In this document: positions 60,509 through 64,000 of the stretch, one piece after another
Numbering within the stretch: position 1 is the stretch's first letter
How the letters are laid out: every line of letters starts with the position of its first letter
Virus record (IMG/VR): IMGVR_UViG_3300032004_000002
Coordinates: 20,725-84,724 of that record
Strand: one strand, 5' to 3'
DNA: 64,000 nt
Source of the DNA: a virus
Taxonomy: Duplodnaviria; Caudoviricetes
Notes under the pieces: generated by a model
What the model was told of the DNA's origin: nothing
Database searches by the model: none
Seen by the model: the letters and a program-made list of their open reading frames with translations, nothing else
Position numbers and translations under genes: made by a program

Positions 60509-61129
60509 ATGACAAAAAGATTAGTGTATGGGGTTGGGATAAATGACGCTGATTACACAGTTCAAATAAACGAATTCATTGGTATTGATTCTAAAGGTAA
60601 AAAGATTTATAAACTAGCTTGGATGTGTCCTTTCTACAGTTCGTGGCACAACATGCTTCTTAGGTGTTACTCTACTGTTTATCACAAGAAGCAACCAACC
60701 TATACTGATTGTGAAGTACAAGCTTCTTGGTTGAGATTTAGTAACTTTAAAAAGTGGATGCTGGCTCAGGACTGGGAAGGTAAGGAATTGGATAAAGATA
60801 TTCTATTTCATGAGAATAAAGTCTACAGCGAAGATTATTGTGTATTTGTGACAAAACAAGTTAACACATTCTTCTCTGAAAGGGGTGCAGAACGTGGAGA
60901 ATATCCTATCGGCGTAGGATTCCACAAACAATCTGGCTTGTATCGTGCAAGGTGTGGAGACACTGAAGGTGGTCGGTATAATTTAGGATACTTCAAAACT
61001 CCCGAAGAAGCCCACAAAGCTTGGTTGCAATGTAAATTAGAACAGGCTAGAATACTGGCATCAAAGCAGACTGATGTCAGAGTTGCTAAAGCAATTGTTG
61101 CTCGTTATGAAAATTACAAGGAAACTTAA
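60509..61129 (+). CDS. HNH-type homing endonuclease with AP2-like C-terminus
   Basis: Close paralogue of 30365-30991 (YGVGINDADY, W.NMLLRCY, ELDKDIL, YPIGV). Confidence 0.8.
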   Translation: MTKRLVYGVGINDADYTVQINEFIGIDSKGKKIYKLAWMCPFYSSWHNMLLRCYSTVYHKKQPTYTDCEVQASWLRFSNFKKWMLAQDWEGKELDKDILFHENKVYSEDYCVFVTKQVNTFFSERGAERGEYPIGVGFHKQSGLYRARCGDTEGGRYNLGYFKTPEEAHKAWLQCKLEQARILASKQTDVRVAKAIVARYENYKET

Positions 61130-61131
61130 TT

Positions 61132-61323
61132 ATGGACTACAAAGAGCTAATGGAAAAAGTGGGCTGTCAGTCAACAGTCACACACTCGTGCCCGAAGTGT
61201 GAAAACCCTGTCCGTTGCGACATTATGCTAGGTAAAAACAGTTGTTGGTGCTTCAACGTACAGAGCAAGGGATTAGAGATGAACGATGTTTGTATGTGTA
61301 AAAATTGCCTGAAAACGGCTTGA
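61132..61323 (+). CDS. Cys-rich CWC-family protein
   Basis: CPKC...C...CWC...CMC..CL. Confidence 0.65.
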   Translation: MDYKELMEKVGCQSTVTHSCPKCENPVRCDIMLGKNSCWCFNVQSKGLEMNDVCMCKNCLKTA

Positions 61324-61405
61324 CTGCTTTGAAAATCTAGCCTATCCTTGGCCCTACAGATGCAGCAATGTGTCGTAGGGTTTCTTTTTATCTGGAGAAT
61401 AATAA

Positions 61406-61612
61406 ATGACACGTCAAGAATTCGAGTATCAGTTGTTAGTAGTTGCAGACATCCAACGTCGAGAGGGTTGGAGTGAACGTAGCATTGGTTTGTATGCACA
61501 AGAGATTCGTGAACTTACGCCTGACGAGTGTCTGCCTTGTACTCTGCTGATTGGTGCTGGGTTGGCTCAAGATAATTCAAGGTTTGGTGTTTATTCACGG
61601 ACATCTTTTTAA
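61406..61612 (+). CDS. Hypothetical protein
   Basis: GGAG RBS. Confidence 0.6.
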   Translation: MTRQEFEYQLLVVADIQRREGWSERSIGLYAQEIRELTPDECLPCTLLIGAGLAQDNSRFGVYSRTSF

Positions 61613-61906
61613 ATGAATTATGACAACCAGTGCAGACAAGATTTTCAAGCCAATAAATCCTCTTGTATTGCATGGTACCTTATGGCATCATACTTGTACT
61701 ACCGGGAGGCTGAAAGCCTTCTTAGAGATGAAACCTTCGATAAAATGTGTTTGTATATGCTGAATAATTGGGATACACTACAACATAGATACAAGTACCT
61801 AGTAAACAAAGACAGCTTGTCAGCAGGCACTGGGTTTGACATTGAATTCAACAGGTTTCCTGAAGGGTTGCTTCGGGTGATACGACAACTAAAGAGAGGA
61901 TTGTAA
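61613..61906 (+). CDS. Stand-alone NAD+-ligase domain-Ia-like protein
   Basis: YLYY-x5-L-x-D-x-x-FD matches the LigA Ia YxYY...SD.EYD motif. Confidence 0.55.
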   Translation: MNYDNQCRQDFQANKSSCIAWYLMASYLYYREAESLLRDETFDKMCLYMLNNWDTLQHRYKYLVNKDSLSAGTGFDIEFNRFPEGLLRVIRQLKRGL

Positions 61907-61907
61907 A

Positions 61908-62294
61908 ATGTCTAAAGAATTCTCAGCCGATTTTGAAATGTTTGTTGTCTCTTATTACACAAACAAGGTACAATCGTGTAAAGATCGTGGAATTGAGTTC
62001 AAGCTAAACCTTGTAAGTGTTCGTAACCTTCTGTCTGCCAAGAAATGTGGTTACACAGGTCTTGACCTAACACGAGGAAAGAAAGGGTTGGGAATGCTCT
62101 CAACTGATGTCACGATTGATCGTATTGATAACTCCCTTGGCTATGTCAAAGGAAATGTTATTGCTGTGAGTAATGTTGCAAATAATTTTAAATCCATATT
62201 TGAAAATCCAGTATATAAATTGGATATGCTAATGGCTGAGAAAGCTTTGAATAAAATTCAGAAGAAGATTAAGCAAGTGAAGGAGAAACAATAA
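61908..62294 (+). CDS. HNH-like endonuclease
   Basis: CGYTG...TIDRIDNSLGYVKGNV...N..K. Confidence 0.75.
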   Translation: MSKEFSADFEMFVVSYYTNKVQSCKDRGIEFKLNLVSVRNLLSAKKCGYTGLDLTRGKKGLGMLSTDVTIDRIDNSLGYVKGNVIAVSNVANNFKSIFENPVYKLDMLMAEKALNKIQKKIKQVKEKQ

Positions 62295-62899
62295 TGATTA
62301 AATTTCACAAACGTACACGAATGTCATATTGGTGTCATTGGAAAATTGTAGAGTATCTTGACCGTAATAATCCACGTCAGAAAACTCGGAAGAAGCTATA
62401 TACAACAGAGGAAGTAAAACAACGTCTTTCTATGAGGAAGGGTTTCTATGAATCTGTTGCAAACAAGCTTCAAGACATTGTAATGTTTCCTCTTGATTTG
62501 ATTTATTCTGTTAAAATTCACTTTAAGAACTTGAAAGGAAACACACATGTTCTTGATGGTGGGCTTGAGAAAGGTACTTGGTATGACCTCTGTTACAGAA
62601 TTCCTCGCTGTTTGTTCTATGAGCTTGAGAAGTTTATTGAGCAAGAGAAGGGGCTTGAAACACATGAATGGGAGAAAACCCTCACTCACAATGATAATTG
62701 GGTAAGTAAGGATGATCCTAAATATGGTACACTTACCAACCAAGCTCTTGCTGCCATTGAACAGCAGGAAATCTATGACTGGTGGAAAGCTAATAAAGAC
62801 CGTGAATACACAACTTGGGAGGATGAAGAAAAGTATGATGAGAAGGAACAAGAAATGTTGATTCGACTTGTTAAAATTTACAGATCATTGTGGACTTAA
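62294..62899 (+). CDS. Conserved hypothetical protein
   Basis: 201 aa, AAGGAG RBS. Confidence 0.7.
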   Translation: MIKFHKRTRMSYWCHWKIVEYLDRNNPRQKTRKKLYTTEEVKQRLSMRKGFYESVANKLQDIVMFPLDLIYSVKIHFKNLKGNTHVLDGGLEKGTWYDLCYRIPRCLFYELEKFIEQEKGLETHEWEKTLTHNDNWVSKDDPKYGTLTNQALAAIEQQEIYDWWKANKDREYTTWEDEEKYDEKEQEMLIRLVKIYRSLWT

Positions 62900-63081
62900 T
62901 TATGAAACTAACAGACTTATTCGCAATCCTATTCCTCCTCATCACTATCTTAGTTGGTGGGTATATTTGGATGGAGCACAAGAAAGCTTCAACTCACTCG
63001 GAGGATATTCGATCTTTCAATATCCAAGAGTCTATAAAAGATAGTAAGAAAGTTCAGAAGGCTGTAAGGCATACTGGTTAA
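62890..63081 (+). CDS. Small membrane protein
   Basis: N-terminal TM helix. Confidence 0.55.
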   Translation: MDLIMKLTDLFAILFLLITILVGGYIWMEHKKASTHSEDIRSFNIQESIKDSKKVQKAVRHTG

Positions 63082-63084
63082 TCT

Positions 63085-63125
63085 ACAAAAACAAAAAGCC
63101 CCTCAAGGCTTTCACCGAGAGGGGC
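63085..63125 (-). terminator. Terminator at the convergent junction
   Basis: GCCCCTC-14nt-GAGGGGC-TTTTTGTTTT on the minus strand. Confidence 0.75.
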
Positions 63126-63161
63126 ACAAGATCTTATTGTAGGATGTTATTCTTGTAATAT

Positions 63162-63524
63162 TCAATTAGGACTGACAGGGATTCCATTAATCGTAGTGGT
63201 GTTCAAGTTATTATTAATAACCTTACCACTTGGTTTACTTCCCTGTTCAAGTCTGTCCACACGCTTACTTAACAAGTATATCTGATTACTACTTGTGTTC
63301 TGGTAATTGTCTTGTTTCTCGTCTGTGCGATTAATCTTATTTTCAAGATAAGATGTGTTAGCGCTAATTACTTTGGTCATGTCTTGTTTGAAGTTTTCAA
63401 CAGACAGCAGAAAGGATTTGCTATCTTCCTCAGACTTATTACTAATAAAAAGTATAGAAATCATTAGGACAAGAAGTACAAAATGTACAAGGTCAATCAT
63501 TCTTTTTAGTACATCCCACCCCAT
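63162..63524 (-). CDS. Single-TM protein at the end of the lysis cassette
   Basis: N-terminal TM followed by a coiled coil. Confidence 0.55.
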   Translation of the reverse strand: MGWDVLKRMIDLVHFVLLVLMISILFISNKSEEDSKSFLLSVENFKQDMTKVISANTSYLENKINRTDEKQDNYQNTSSNQIYLLSKRVDRLEQGSKPSGKVINNNLNTTTINGIPVSPN

Positions 63525-63535
63525 ACAAATATCCC

Positions 63536-63853
63536 CTAATTCTTACTTTTTATATTCCCAAAATAAAGCTGTAACTGCCTCATAATATCCTGTTGGTTAG
63601 CATCTACACGTTGAGCTAAGTTTGAGAAATTGGCATCCATTCGGCTATTAACTCTGATTTCCATCTCGCGCATGTCAGCTTTTCCAACTTTATCCATCTG
63701 AAGAAGTACGATCTTATCGTTTGCATCCTTCACATCTTTAGCCAATCCTTGATAAGTGAGAAGCCCCCAAGCCAGTACCACAGACAACAGACCAATGGCA
63801 AAACGCTCCCATAGCCGGTTCATACGATCATTAGCATTATCTTCACTTGGCAT
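63536..63853 (-). CDS. Putative holin/antiholin-like membrane protein
   Basis: One TM plus coiled coil; overlaps the o-spanin end. Confidence 0.45.
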   Translation of the reverse strand: MPSEDNANDRMNRLWERFAIGLLSVVLAWGLLTYQGLAKDVKDANDKIVLLQMDKVGKADMREMEIRVNSRMDANFSNLAQRVDANQQDIMRQLQLYFGNIKSKN

Positions 63854-64000
63854 TATAAATCCCTTCTTGTAGCTTCTTGTTCTTACGGATAGCGTCCATT
63901 TGCCTCTCCCATAACCCTATACAACCCACATTCTTATTCTGTGCAAGGGCTAGATCAATTAGGCTTTCACCGGCTGGTTTGGCCTTACATGGATTGACTA
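63843..64000 (-). CDS. o-spanin (Rz1-like), C-terminal part, truncated by the window edge
   Basis: Open frame VNPCKAKPAGESLIDLALAQNKNVGCIGLWERQMDAI...; Pro/Cys pattern of o-spanins. Confidence 0.6.
   Translation of the reverse strand, partial: VNPCKAKPAGESLIDLALAQNKNVGCIGLWERQMDAIRKNKKLQEGIYNAK

Noticed and set aside
1-64000. Introns, inteins, integrase/repressor or stop-codon reassignment
   Set aside because: TerL, PolA, helicase and RNR read uninterrupted at expected lengths; no recombinase motifs; genes end normally at TAA/TAG/TGA

Overview
This is a 64-kb segment of a lytic tailed dsDNA phage (Caudoviricetes). A Pseudomonas-like gammaproteobacterial host is inferred from the nrdJa/nrdJb pair and the sigma70 promoters; no integrase, repressor or CRISPR array was seen. 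Layout: (1) 1-7850, minus strand, packaging/head operon (decoration protein, scaffold, XkdF-like protease, portal, TerL, fibre-like protein, possible TerS). (2) 7000-8620, a dense block of structured non-coding DNA with one atypical tRNA-Tyr and decayed tRNAs behind a near-consensus promoter. (3) 8650-10540, a stand-alone minimal family-A/T7-RNAP-like polymerase coupled to a Zn-finger ORF. (4) 10850-25520, plus strand, small ORFs plus phoH, clpP-like, C5 methyltransferase, dCMP deaminase and an HNH. (5) 25550-26330, a non-coding repeat/palindrome zone (possible terminus or origin) with a candidate sRNA. (6) 26360-39820, minus strand, early region with many sigma70 promoters and tiny ORFs (LITAF-like paralogues, macrodomain-like, CCA-NTase-like, RHH + wHTH). 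(7) 39990-63080, plus strand, replication and nucleotide metabolism (primase-helicase, PolA, SSB, exonuclease, ThyX, split class II RNR, several HNHs). (8) 63160-64000, end of a lysis cassette. The best candidates for undescribed biology are the structured-RNA array at 5400-8600 (including hairpin loops complementary to the phage's own RBS motif) and the adjacent TV-Pol-like polymerase/Zn-finger pair, in a phage whose gp4-like primase lacks a Zn-binding domain. All RNA folds were derived by hand and all family calls are motif recognition, not database hits.
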